Shown here: piece by piece, positions 31,760 through 41,373 of the stretch
Layout: each line of letters begins with the position of its first letter
Position numbering within the stretch: position 1 is the first letter of the stretch
Assembly: GCA_963803145.1 (NCBI GenBank)
Contig: CAWDLW010000027.1
Location: forward strand, 32,001 to 96,000
Length of the DNA: 64,000 nucleotides
Reading direction: 5' to 3'
Origin: Methanotrichaceae archaeon
Lineage (GTDB): Archaea > Halobacteriota > Methanosarcinia > Methanotrichales > Methanotrichaceae
Notes under the pieces: generated by a model
Database searches by the model: none
What the model saw: only the letters and a program-made list of their open reading frames with translations
What the model was told of the DNA's origin: nothing
Position numbers and translations under genes: made by a program

Positions 31760-32719
31760 ATGAAAACTCTAATAAAAATAGCCCTAGGCTTCTTGCTGCT
31801 TGTGTCTGCAGCTGCAGCCACAGGTAACTTCAACAATGTGTACGTTGATATCTATGCAGAGGCAACGGGAAACTGTGTTTCAGGCAACGTTAATCTAGCT
31901 CAGATAACAGATGCTTCGGCGTTCGTCGAAGGGTCTTGCAATGATGTGTATCAGTGCTTAGGTACAGATGGCGAAGATGGATATGGCCTCTTTGCCGATG
32001 ATAACTGCCTGGCAGGAAACGGAAGACAGACAAACCTCATTCAGAGGGCTGATCTTATTGGAAACGCCACAGGCTGCAATAATTGCGTCAGTCAGGACCT
32101 CAACGATCTGGATGCAATTGATAACTGTGTAACGGACTCAAACTTGACTCAATGGTCAATTATGAAGGCTGACACCATAGGCTCCTGGAATGGAGTAGAT
32201 CAATGCACCGCATCCGATGCCTATGAAAACTGCCTGACATTGAGCGATCAGAAGCAGATGGCCGATTTTGATGCATGCACCACAGGTGATTACAATTGCG
32301 TTTCTCAAGACCTCTACCAGGATGCTTGCAATAACTGCGTGACAACCTCCTGCCTCTGGCAGCAGACCGCCAAGGTAGCCGATATCCTTGGGAGCTACAA
32401 TAGTGCCTACCAGGATAACAACCTCCAGTATGCAGATGATAACTGTCTGACGGGATCAGTATTGAACCAGATGATCTGCGATAGCGCTCAGATAACCGGC
32501 ACCTGCAATGAGGTTGATCAGGGATCTTGCAACGCGATTGAGACTGATGCCTGCAACAACTGCCTGACCAATGCAGGAATGCTTCAGTCCATCAATAGTA
32601 AGGCCCTCATAGCTGGCTGCAACAACTACGTCAATCACGAAGTCTACCTCGACACAGATTGCAACAGTCTGACCGGCGGAATGCTGTCCCAGATATCAAC
32701 AATCGTTTCCAACGACTAG
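31760..32719 (+). CDS. Secreted Cys-rich 35-aa-repeat protein, paralogue 3
   Basis: RBS-supported ATG at 31760; signal peptide identical to paralogue 2; ends SND. Confidence 0.88.
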   Translation: MKTLIKIALGFLLLVSAAAATGNFNNVYVDIYAEATGNCVSGNVNLAQITDASAFVEGSCNDVYQCLGTDGEDGYGLFADDNCLAGNGRQTNLIQRADLIGNATGCNNCVSQDLNDLDAIDNCVTDSNLTQWSIMKADTIGSWNGVDQCTASDAYENCLTLSDQKQMADFDACTTGDYNCVSQDLYQDACNNCVTTSCLWQQTAKVADILGSYNSAYQDNNLQYADDNCLTGSVLNQMICDSAQITGTCNEVDQGSCNAIETDACNNCLTNAGMLQSINSKALIAGCNNYVNHEVYLDTDCNSLTGGMLSQISTIVSND

Positions 32720-32730
32720 ACCTTTGATGA

Positions 32731-32753
32731 AAGGCGAGAGCTTCTCTCGCCTT
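32731..32753 (+). terminator. Hairpin after paralogue 3
   Basis: aaggcgagag-ctt-ctctcgcctt. Confidence 0.75.
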
Positions 32754-32845
32754 CAGAAATTTTAACATACTGTAGTTTACATCAATATCATGAATTTTGA
32801 ACATTGTCCTTCTTCAATATTTTGATATGGAATTGAAAAGCCGGT

Positions 32846-33011
32846 GATAAGTATTTCAGCTACAATTAGAATTTTCTTAATTTCCGTATTGATGGCATTT
32901 TCTTAAGCTAATTTCCCTTTATTTTATTAGAGAGCAAAGCCGTATAAGTGTTAGTGCTCTGCGGTTATTCCAAAACCCACGTAGCACTTAGGAAAAATAA
33001 GGAGGCAAGTC
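32846..33011 (+). promoter_or_regulatory. Conserved promoter/leader of paralogue 4
   Basis: GATAAGTA 166 nt upstream of the ATG. Confidence 0.72.
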
Positions 33012-33932
33012 ATGAGAAATCTTTTATTAATAGCCTTGGGCTTCTTAATGCTCGTATCAGCAGCAGCAGCCACAGGCAACTGTAACGATGTTTACACAAG
33101 CATTTATCAAGAGGCATCAGGAAATTGCATCACGGGCGATGTCAATTTAGCCCAGATAACAGATGCATCGTCGTTTGTCCTCGGCTCTAATAATGAAGTG
33201 GATCAGTGCATGGGCCTCAGCGCCGACGATAACTGCCTGACAGGCGTTGGAGAACAGACCAACCTCTGCCAGAGAGGCGATATGACAGGCAATGCAACGG
33301 GCTGCTACAATGATCTTGACCAGGAACTCGATTTGAATGCCTACTGCAACGATCTGACGAACAGCAACATGACTCAGTGGGGCATACAGGCTGGAGATGC
33401 AATCGGTAACTGTAACGAGTTTGATCAGTGCGCCGAAGCCGATGCCTGGTTTAACTGTCTCACCATGAGCGATCAGAAGCAGCTTTCGGACTTCAATGTA
33501 TGCGCGACAGGCGATAACAACTATGTCGATCAGAACCTCTATCAGGAGGCCGATGCTAACTGCCTGACGGGCTCCGAGCTCTGGCAGCAGACAGCCAAGG
33601 TAGCAGATATCCTTGGGTGCGACAACGAAGTCTATCAGGATTGCAACTACCAGTATGCAGATTGTAACTGCCTGACAGGCTCCATGCTGAACCAGATAAT
33701 TTGCGAGAACGCTCAGGTAACCGGCAACTGCAACTATGCCAATCAGGATTCCGAGACAGATGCCTTCAATAACTGCATGACAGGCGCAGGCATGCTGCAG
33801 ACCATCAGTGAGCAGGCTGTCATGGAGGGCTGCAACAACAATATCAATCAGAATGTCTATCTCAATACTGATAGCGATTGCCTGACCGGCGGAATGCTGA
33901 CCCAGTCGTCCTCAATAGTCTCCAACGACTAA
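33012..33932 (+). CDS. Secreted Cys-rich 35-aa-repeat protein, paralogue 4
   Basis: Signal peptide; most regular repeats; ends SND. Confidence 0.88.
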   Translation: MRNLLLIALGFLMLVSAAAATGNCNDVYTSIYQEASGNCITGDVNLAQITDASSFVLGSNNEVDQCMGLSADDNCLTGVGEQTNLCQRGDMTGNATGCYNDLDQELDLNAYCNDLTNSNMTQWGIQAGDAIGNCNEFDQCAEADAWFNCLTMSDQKQLSDFNVCATGDNNYVDQNLYQEADANCLTGSELWQQTAKVADILGCDNEVYQDCNYQYADCNCLTGSMLNQIICENAQVTGNCNYANQDSETDAFNNCMTGAGMLQTISEQAVMEGCNNNINQNVYLNTDSDCLTGGMLTQSSSIVSND

Positions 33933-33943
33933 ACACTCATAAA

Positions 33944-33968
33944 GAAAGGCGAGAGAAACCTCGCTTTC
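33944..33968 (+). terminator. Hairpin after paralogue 4
   Basis: gaaaggcgag...ctcgctttc. Confidence 0.7.
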
Positions 33969-34089
33969 AAAATTTTATTAGCTGTCTTTATCCTTTTTTC
34001 TCTACATAGCGTTCAAAGGTTAAATGTTTTATACAGTTTAGAAGTCTTGACAGAATGCCATAAGAAGATATTTATTGATTATAACAGCA

Positions 34090-34255
34090 GATAAGTACGG
34101 CTATTACTGTAAAGATTCTCTTAATCCTCTTATTGATAACGGTTTCTAAACCAAGTTTCCTTAAAACTTATAAAAGAAGCAAGCAATGTTAATGTTAATG
34201 TTCCGCTAGAGCTTTCAGCTCTTGCAGAACAATGGGAAAAATAAGGAGGCAAGTT
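34090..34255 (+). promoter_or_regulatory. Conserved promoter/leader of paralogue 5
   Basis: GATAAGTA 166 nt upstream of the ATG. Confidence 0.7.
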
Positions 34256-35290
34256 ATGAAAGGTCCTATATTAGCACTGTGCTTGCTGCTGCTAGTGTCT
34301 GCGGCAGGTGCAACAGGAAGCTATAATTGTGTAAATGTATACGGTAGTCAAGAAGTGTCAGGAAACTGTCTTACTGGAGCTGCTTTTGCCCAAGTAACTA
34401 ATGTAGATGCCAATCTATTGGGCACCAACATTGATGCTACCCAGTTCCTGGGCCTTCAGGCAAATGATAACTGTATAACAGGAAGCAATAACGGCGAGAC
34501 TAACTTCATCCAGGCCGGCGATATGGTAGCCAATGATACAGGCTGCAATGACTTTGATCTTCAGGCTGAGCTTTTGGCTGCGAACGAGAACTGCCTAACT
34601 ACAGGAAACATTACTCAGATTGCCGCACAGCATGCAGATACTGCAGGCAGCGACAACTATGTAGTCCAGGCAACAGCTGCCGCATTAGGTACAGTCGATC
34701 TCCCATGCTTCTGCCTAGGCAGCCCCAACTGTGTGACGAATAGCGATCTTAGCCAGCTATCTGCATTGAATGCATGCGTTACAGGCACCGATAACCTTGC
34801 AGCTCAGGTAGCTCTGCAGGGCACCTTCGACAACTGCCTGACCAACAGCGTTTACTACCAGCAGGCATCTCTCAACGCCGATATTCTCGGATGCAACAAC
34901 AACGGCATCTGCTTTGATGGAGCCGGATCCTATGTTGACACTATGGATAGCGTAGTTGGACCTTACTCAGATGGCACAGGCATATGCCTGCCGATACAGG
35001 TCAGTGTCCAGTACACAGATGATAACTGTGTGACAGATTCTCTGTTCAACCAGATGAACTGCATGGATGAACAGGTGACAGGAGAATGCAACAGTGTTGG
35101 CCAGTTCGCCCTTTCCGGTGTATCTTATGACTGCTTGACAGCAGGCAGCTTGCTCCAGATGAGCAACTTTAAGGCTGCAGAACTCGGATGCAACAATGCT
35201 ATCGGCCAATCCATCGAACTCAATAACGCTTGCAACAGCATAACTGGCGGCAATATTATCCAGCAGGCTACAGCCAATACCAACGATTAA
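34256..35290 (+). CDS. Secreted Cys-rich 35-aa-repeat protein, paralogue 5 (loop insertions)
   Basis: RBS-supported ATG at 34256; signal peptide; ends TND. Confidence 0.87.
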   Translation: MKGPILALCLLLLVSAAGATGSYNCVNVYGSQEVSGNCLTGAAFAQVTNVDANLLGTNIDATQFLGLQANDNCITGSNNGETNFIQAGDMVANDTGCNDFDLQAELLAANENCLTTGNITQIAAQHADTAGSDNYVVQATAAALGTVDLPCFCLGSPNCVTNSDLSQLSALNACVTGTDNLAAQVALQGTFDNCLTNSVYYQQASLNADILGCNNNGICFDGAGSYVDTMDSVVGPYSDGTGICLPIQVSVQYTDDNCVTDSLFNQMNCMDEQVTGECNSVGQFALSGVSYDCLTAGSLLQMSNFKAAELGCNNAIGQSIELNNACNSITGGNIIQQATANTND

Positions 35291-35316
35291 AACTGCAATA
35301 CTACCAGAGGAATAAA

Positions 35317-35338
35317 AGGCGAGGATTTACACTCGCCT
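35317..35338 (+). terminator. Hairpin after paralogue 5
   Basis: aggcgag-gatttaca-ctcgcct. Confidence 0.7.
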
Positions 35339-35501
35339 CAAACTATTTTTATCAAAAAGATGTTGGTTCTTATTAATAGAGGCTCCTAGCTCATAAGTGT
35401 AGGAAATAAGATCCCACACGTTAATGAATTCTACACTTTTTTAAGTAAGGTACTATATTGGATACCGTTCTCGGCAAGTATCACTGGGCTTGATCGGACT
35501 A

Positions 35502-36684
35502 GTGCAGCATAACACAAGTTTTTTATCCTAGCAAGTCCTTATGATCGCTAATCATGTCGAGGAAAACAATATTCGTCGTAAAATTGACAGATGAGGATCG
35601 GGAATATCTGAACCAGTTTATTCGCCATGGAAAGGCATCTGTAAGAAGCGTGACTCGTGCCAGGACACTGCTCATGGCAGACGAAGGTTACTCCAATAAA
35701 GATATCGTAAAGATTCTAAAAATAACCAGACCTACGGTTAACAGTGCAAGGAAAAGGTACTGCCAGGAAGGTTTGGACTCTGCAATAAACGATAAACCAA
35801 GAAGCGGCGCACCTCCAAAGATAGATGGAAGGATTGAGACACAAGTTACCCTTCTTGCCTGTTCGAAACCACCGGAAGGCAAATCGACCTGGACTCTGAA
35901 GCTTTTAGCCGATAGGCTCGTGGAAATGGAGGTAATAGAATCCATATCTACCATGACCGTTCAGAGGATCTTAAAAAAAGCGAGACCAAGCCTTGGCAGA
36001 AGGTTAGATGGTGTATTGGCGAGATAACAAGCGATTACATCATGCATATGGAAGATGTGCTGGATCAATATGAGCAACCCTATGATCCTAAGCATCCTTT
36101 AATCTGCATGGATGAGATGCCATGCCAATTGATAGACAACGTTTTAGTTCCTATTCCTCCTAAACCTGGAAAATCACAAAAAGTCGATTTTGAATATCGC
36201 CGTAATGGTACATGCTGTGTTTTCATCGCCTTTGATCCACATGCCCGTTGGAGAACAATATCTGTTGAAGAACACCGGACGAAAATTGATTATGCCCATT
36301 TTATGAAAGGGCTTTCCCAGAAATATCCTGAGGCAGAATACCTTAAAGTTGTCCAGGATAACCTTAACACTCACTCATCTGGTTCATTTTATGAAGCATT
36401 CTCGCCTGAGGAGGCGTTCCAGCTTGCCAAGAAGTTTGAGTTCCATTTTACTCCAAAGAAGGGTAGTTGGCTTAACATGGCTGAGATTGAGTTCTCGGCT
36501 CTTTCAAGGCAATGCTTGAACCGACGAATTGGCGATATCAAAACTTTAGCCAAGGAAGCGAAAGCTTGGGAACAGGATCGGAACAGGGCTAAAGTAGCTA
36601 TTCGATGGAAGTTCACCAAAGCCAATGCAAGAGAGAAGTTCTGTAGGCATTACCTTAAGATAAAGAATTAATGTTATGATGTAC
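35502..36684 (+). mobile_element. IS630-family insertion sequence
   Basis: TIRs gtgcagcataaca / tgttatgatgtac; TA duplication at 35500-35501 and 36685-36686. Confidence 0.92.
35554..36671 (+). CDS. IS630 transposase, two ORFs joined by a -1 frameshift
   Basis: HTH ORF plus DDE ORF (CMDE, VQDNLNTH, SWLNMAEIE); A7G slippery site at ~35973-35980. Confidence 0.9.
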
Positions 36685-38026
36685 TAGGTATGACCATATT
36701 GATGGGGCTACAAAGATTGACGCGAAGGTGCCCGTGATCAGACCCACGAATATGGCTAATGAGAACATCTGCAAAGGTTCTGCACCGAAGAAGTACAGAC
36801 ATCCTGCACCAATTACAACGATTCCCACTGTATAGATGGAACGAGTGAACACTTGCTTTACGCTTTGGTCCATGATCTCTGTTGGGTTCCATCCATTAGT
36901 CAGTCCTGAGTTTTCCCTTACGCGGTCGAATACGACTACGACTTCATTTGCTGCGTATCCTATAACGGTAAGCATCGCAGCAATGTAAGTGACATCAATT
37001 TCCAACTTAAAGATAGAGAAAACGCTAAGGAGGAATAGACCCACAGAAACGATACCGATTGTTGCAGCGGTGGCAATCCTCCAGTTGAATCTGAGAGTGA
37101 TGAAGATGAACATTGCTACTACTGCGAGGAATACTGAGATTATCGCTTTCATGGCGAGTTGCTGCGCAACGCTTGGATCTGAGGTGTTCTCTATATATGC
37201 CACGCCTTCGCCGTAGTTTTCTTTGAAGGCATTAACTACGGTTGTGATCTGTTCGTGGGTCAATACACTATCAAAACGAGCTGCGATTTGATTTGAATCA
37301 GTACCTCCAATGGCCACAGTTGCAGCGGGTATTCCTGCATCTTCCATGATGGATGTAGCATTCTCTTGATCGATGGCAGCCGGGAGAGTCACATCGAGGG
37401 CAGTCCCTGCCTTGAAATCAATATCGTAGTTAAAGGATGACAAGGCGATGCTCCCCATGCCTGCGATCAATATCAGTGAGGTAGCGATCAAGATAATATT
37501 TCGATGTCCCAGGATGTTCAGACCCATAGGCAGACTGGGGCTCTTGATTATATCCTTTAGCTCAATGGCGCCGGAGAAGCTATCCTGGTTAAAGACGAAG
37601 AGGCGCATCAATAACCGTGCAAGGAAGACGTTACTAACAAAGCTGGCAATTATGCTCAAGATCATAGTCAGGGCAAAACCTCTGATGGGGCCTATTCCCA
37701 TGGCAAAGAGGACAATTGCTCCGATTATGATAGTGATGTTAGAATCGAATATTGTGCGTAACGAAGATGCATAGCTGTTCTTCAGGGCTTTTACCTCGCG
37801 CTCCAGCTCCTTCGTGCAAACGCTGGTTACCGCAAATATTTCCACTTTTCTTCTTAAGTTGCGGCTAGGTAAAAACAAGATAAAGGAAAAATATCGCCGC
37901 TAAAATATAGACCAAATATTTCGCCAGGAAAATTATTAAGATATCGCAAATAACAGATTGTCCCAATAAATTATGCAAGATTGAAAATAGGTTTGCGTCA
38001 ATCTGCATAATAAACTGGATATGTGA

Positions 38027-39274
38027 TTATTTCAGCTTAGCCAATAATGCCTCAAGCGAAGACTTGCAGGTGGCGGCATTTGGATTTACGGCGCGGACTT
38101 GCCGCAATACCTGATCGATGGCGGTATCGATTTCCGTCCATTTGGTCGGATTCATCGGTTTCAAGCGAGCTTCGGAATTGTCCCATTCGTATTCCAGATC
38201 ATTGACCCGGGTTTTTGCGCCCGACAAATTGTTGGCGTTCACAAAACCAAGCGTATCCTGGGTTATCGTCTTAAAAACCGTCAAATCACCCAAAGGCGAT
38301 GATGCCGGACCGGATGAATTATCTGCTTGCGATAGAATATTTGCCTTGGCCTGGACCGCTGAATTGCACCAACAGTAGCCGGATACTGAAACAACCAACA
38401 GCAAACAAATAACGGTTGCAGTTTGCCAAATCGCAGGAATGCGTTGCGGTTTAATTTCCACCTCGCCAACTGACGGTTTGGCAATTAAATCCTTTTTGGT
38501 GATCGAAAGGAAAAGGACTGTTGTCAGGATTGCTCCAGTAAATATGAAAGTAGTAACCGTCGCTCCAAGACCCAATCCCCCGTATTTTTGGGATTGTGAC
38601 AGAAAATCTCCCATGGAAGCACCCAGCGGCCGTGTCATAATGTAAATAATCCAAAACGCCAGAACGGAATCCAAACCCATTTTCCAACCGATGGCAAAGA
38701 ATGCAACCGTTGCGACGACAATCACGCCGGTAGTTAAATAGCCAAGACCAAGACGTTCAGCCATCAAATCGCCGGACGCTGTTCCTAGCGCAAATGTAAA
38801 AAGAATTGCAAGCCAATAAAATGCTTCTCTTTGCCTTGTAAAGATTGAATGGATGGAAAGCGTTTTTTCCTTGGCATACCAAATGGCAAAAGTTATTGCC
38901 AGCAAAATGCTGAAAGCTATCGTGCTCAACTCAAGAGGTACATGCATGGCATCGCTTAAATTATCCGTTACCAAAGTGCCAAAGATGCTAATCAAGACCA
39001 CTGTTATCCAATAGATTCCGGGAATGTATCTCTTTGCCCTAAATTGGAAAAATAGCGCAATCAACAATAAAATCCCCATTACAATGGAAGTACCGGTCAA
39101 GCCAAAATTCAAATTAACGTTCAAGAAATCCGATGCGGTTTCGCCAACCGTGGTACAAAGGACTTTGATGACCCAGAAGTAAAGGGTGATTTCCGGAACT
39201 TTGCTTAACAACTCCCTTCCCGCCTCGAAGAAAATCCTTGATTGATTATCTATTGTGTTCATTTTCGTATCCAC
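38027..39274 (-). CDS. COG4705/DUF347-repeat membrane protein with C-terminal helical domain
   Basis: SKVPEITLYFWVIKVLCTTVGETASD, FALGTASGD and IMTRPLGASMGD. Confidence 0.88.
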   Translation of the reverse strand: MDTKMNTIDNQSRIFFEAGRELLSKVPEITLYFWVIKVLCTTVGETASDFLNVNLNFGLTGTSIVMGILLLIALFFQFRAKRYIPGIYWITVVLISIFGTLVTDNLSDAMHVPLELSTIAFSILLAITFAIWYAKEKTLSIHSIFTRQREAFYWLAILFTFALGTASGDLMAERLGLGYLTTGVIVVATVAFFAIGWKMGLDSVLAFWIIYIMTRPLGASMGDFLSQSQKYGGLGLGATVTTFIFTGAILTTVLFLSITKKDLIAKPSVGEVEIKPQRIPAIWQTATVICLLLVVSVSGYCWCNSAVQAKANILSQADNSSGPASSPLGDLTVFKTITQDTLGFVNANNLSGAKTRVNDLEYEWDNSEARLKPMNPTKWTEIDTAIDQVLRQVRAVNPNAATCKSSLEALLAKLK

Positions 39275-39833
39275 CTTTGAAATCCCAAGCCGATTCTTAT
39301 GTTTTGCACGAGAGACGGGCTAGTGAATATGATTACTGTTGATATTATTGCAACTATCAATATGTCAGCCCATATTTGGGATGATTTCTTCATAAAAGTT
39401 ACACACGGAATTTTAAATAAAATCTTTATGGCGCAAGCTATGGATTATAGAGCAAAGTGTGTATTATTAAGCACATTATTAATTATTATGTGTTAATTTG
39501 ATAAAATACACAGCAAATTAAAGATTTCGCTAATCGGAAGTTGAATTTTAGGTAAGGTCTCAGAGCTTGTATAGAGGATTTCAGCCTAGAACCAATTAAC
39601 GCTGCCTCGCTGGCAAAATAGAAGGCATGATAGCTTCAAGTGGAAAGAAGTTGATTGTGTTGGCCATAGCCATTGAATCCCTGCCCTCGTAATACTTTAT
39701 GATGACATTACATATGATATAGCATATTCTAATTATATTATCTTATTTTAATATTATAAATATTGAAATTAATAATAAAGTCCATAGTTTGCTTCATAAA
39801 GGCTATAACCGATAATGAAAATGGGCTTAAATT

Positions 39834-40181
39834 GTGTATGGAATCAATATCATATCCTGGCTAACGGCTGCGTCAGTGCCATTAGCTCCGAGCGATATTG
39901 GGCTTGAACCCCACGAGGAAACCGAACTGATACTCTGGTTACTTGCAGCCGTGATATCAATAGTTCCTATTGTGGTCTTCTTCGTGAGCTATCTCAGAGT
40001 AAGAAAAACGGTGCTTTTAATAGCAACTTCCGCGTTCTTCATCTTCTTCTTAAAGGCGATGATTTTGGCAATGAAACTATTCATGCCCTATTACGTGGAT
40101 GAGTTCTGGTGGTCGGTTGCTGCGATTTTGGATATCATAATGATAAGTCTCGTTGCCTTTTCCTTAAGTAAGAAGGCATAG
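39834..40181 (+). CDS. Small 3-TM membrane protein paired with a wHTH regulator
   Basis: Hydrophobic helices; 4 nt upstream of the regulator. Confidence 0.7.
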   Translation: MYGINIISWLTAASVPLAPSDIGLEPHEETELILWLLAAVISIVPIVVFFVSYLRVRKTVLLIATSAFFIFFLKAMILAMKLFMPYYVDEFWWSVAAILDIIMISLVAFSLSKKA

Positions 40182-40185
40182 ACAA

Positions 40186-40707
40186 ATGCAAGATGACACC
40201 GTACTTGAGAATAGAAGATTAATCTTTGAGTACATATCAAATAATCCGGGTACTCATCAGAGAAGGATATCAAGAGACCTTGATATGCATTACAGTACCC
40301 TAAGGTACCATCTAGACTATCTTGAGGAAAAGGGCATAATCGTAAGCCAAATGGAAGATAATCTAAAAATATATTTTGCATCAGGAAAGCTTAGTGCTAA
40401 TGAAAAGAAGCTGACAACGTTGCTTCAGCAGAAGAGATTTCGTGATATCATCCTAGTTGTAATCGATAACCCAGGTTCGACATCTTCTCAAATATCAGAT
40501 AAGCTCTCGGTGAAATCCACGACCATCTCAAAATACATGAATATCCTGGAAGACCGAGGAGTACTCTATCATGTGAAAACAGGAAGGGAGAAACGATATT
40601 TCATTAATGATGAAAAGAGCATCATCGGACTCTTGATGACTTATAAAAAATCCTTTTTGGATTCCTTCGTGGATAACGTTTTAATCCTTTATTTGGAAAG
40701 AGAGTAG
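40186..40707 (+). CDS. Tandem winged-helix transcriptional regulator (archaeal ArsR-like)
   Basis: Two NPG...wHTH repeats (STLRYHLDYLE; TTISKYMNILE). Confidence 0.85.
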   Translation: MQDDTVLENRRLIFEYISNNPGTHQRRISRDLDMHYSTLRYHLDYLEEKGIIVSQMEDNLKIYFASGKLSANEKKLTTLLQQKRFRDIILVVIDNPGSTSSQISDKLSVKSTTISKYMNILEDRGVLYHVKTGREKRYFINDEKSIIGLLMTYKKSFLDSFVDNVLILYLERE

Positions 40708-40823
40708 TCAATAATTCATCATAGTTCACATTTTGCTCCATAGTTCATGATTTGCGTCAGAAAATACTTATACACTAGCTCCAAAGTTGTTGCTCGTGGG
40801 GAAACCACGTGTGAGGAATAATA

Positions 40824-41315
40824 ATGAATCGATCTTTAAAATATGGATTAGTACTACTTTGTGTGTTTGTAGCGCTATCTGTGGGGAATGTTTTTGGAGA
40901 GAAGAGCACATCTGCTAGCACAGTGGCACAATCTAATTCTCTTAGCGCGATAAAGGCCGGATCAAATGCAGATGCAGCTGATGCCAATTCGGCCGTTATT
41001 AATAGCGTTACTTATAGCAAGACAAGCCAATCGGTGGAGATCAAAAATAATGAGACTTCAGCTCTGGATTTAACGGGCTGGAAGCTGGAGGTACAGAATA
41101 AGACAGTATATACCTTCCCAAAGTATACGCTTGATGTAAACGCTACAGTTAAAGTTCACTCAGGATTGGGTATGAATAATAAGACAGACCTCTTTGCTGG
41201 CGCTACTTTATTAACTAACGCAAACGATGAGGCATCCTTACTGGATACGACTGGAAGTGTGATAAGCACCTCTGAGGAATCCAAAGAAGCATCAGATAGT
41301 CCTAATGATGCTTAG
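40824..41315 (+). CDS. Secreted lamin-tail-domain protein
   Basis: Signal peptide; VEIKN...LDLTGWKL...YTFP...VKVHSG. Confidence 0.8.
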   Translation: MNRSLKYGLVLLCVFVALSVGNVFGEKSTSASTVAQSNSLSAIKAGSNADAADANSAVINSVTYSKTSQSVEIKNNETSALDLTGWKLEVQNKTVYTFPKYTLDVNATVKVHSGLGMNNKTDLFAGATLLTNANDEASLLDTTGSVISTSEESKEASDSPNDA

Positions 41316-41373
41316 CTGATACATCTCTGGCACCGGAAATATTTTTTTAAGCCGCAAAGAGAGGTATCATAAT

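Larger units (their letters stand above)
35431..37815 (-). pseudogene. secDF: Bacterial-type SecDF fusion remnant (5'-truncated; 3' end split by IS630)
   Basis: SecD C-terminus (TIFDSNIT, GPIRGFALT) fused to SecF (DIDFKAGT, GYAANEVVVVFDRVRE, RSIYT). The original tail YLVRSSPVILAENGIQYSTLLKKV* lies beyond the IS at 35431-35501. Confidence 0.85.

Noticed and set aside
28889-35340. CRISPR array or DGR explanation for the repeats
   Set aside because: The repeats are in-frame coding units; there are no spacers, cas genes, reverse transcriptase or adenine-specific TR/VR pair.
35431-37815. SecDF as a dedicated exporter for the repeat-protein array
   Set aside because: It is truncated, IS-disrupted, convergent and apparently foreign; adjacency is probably incidental.
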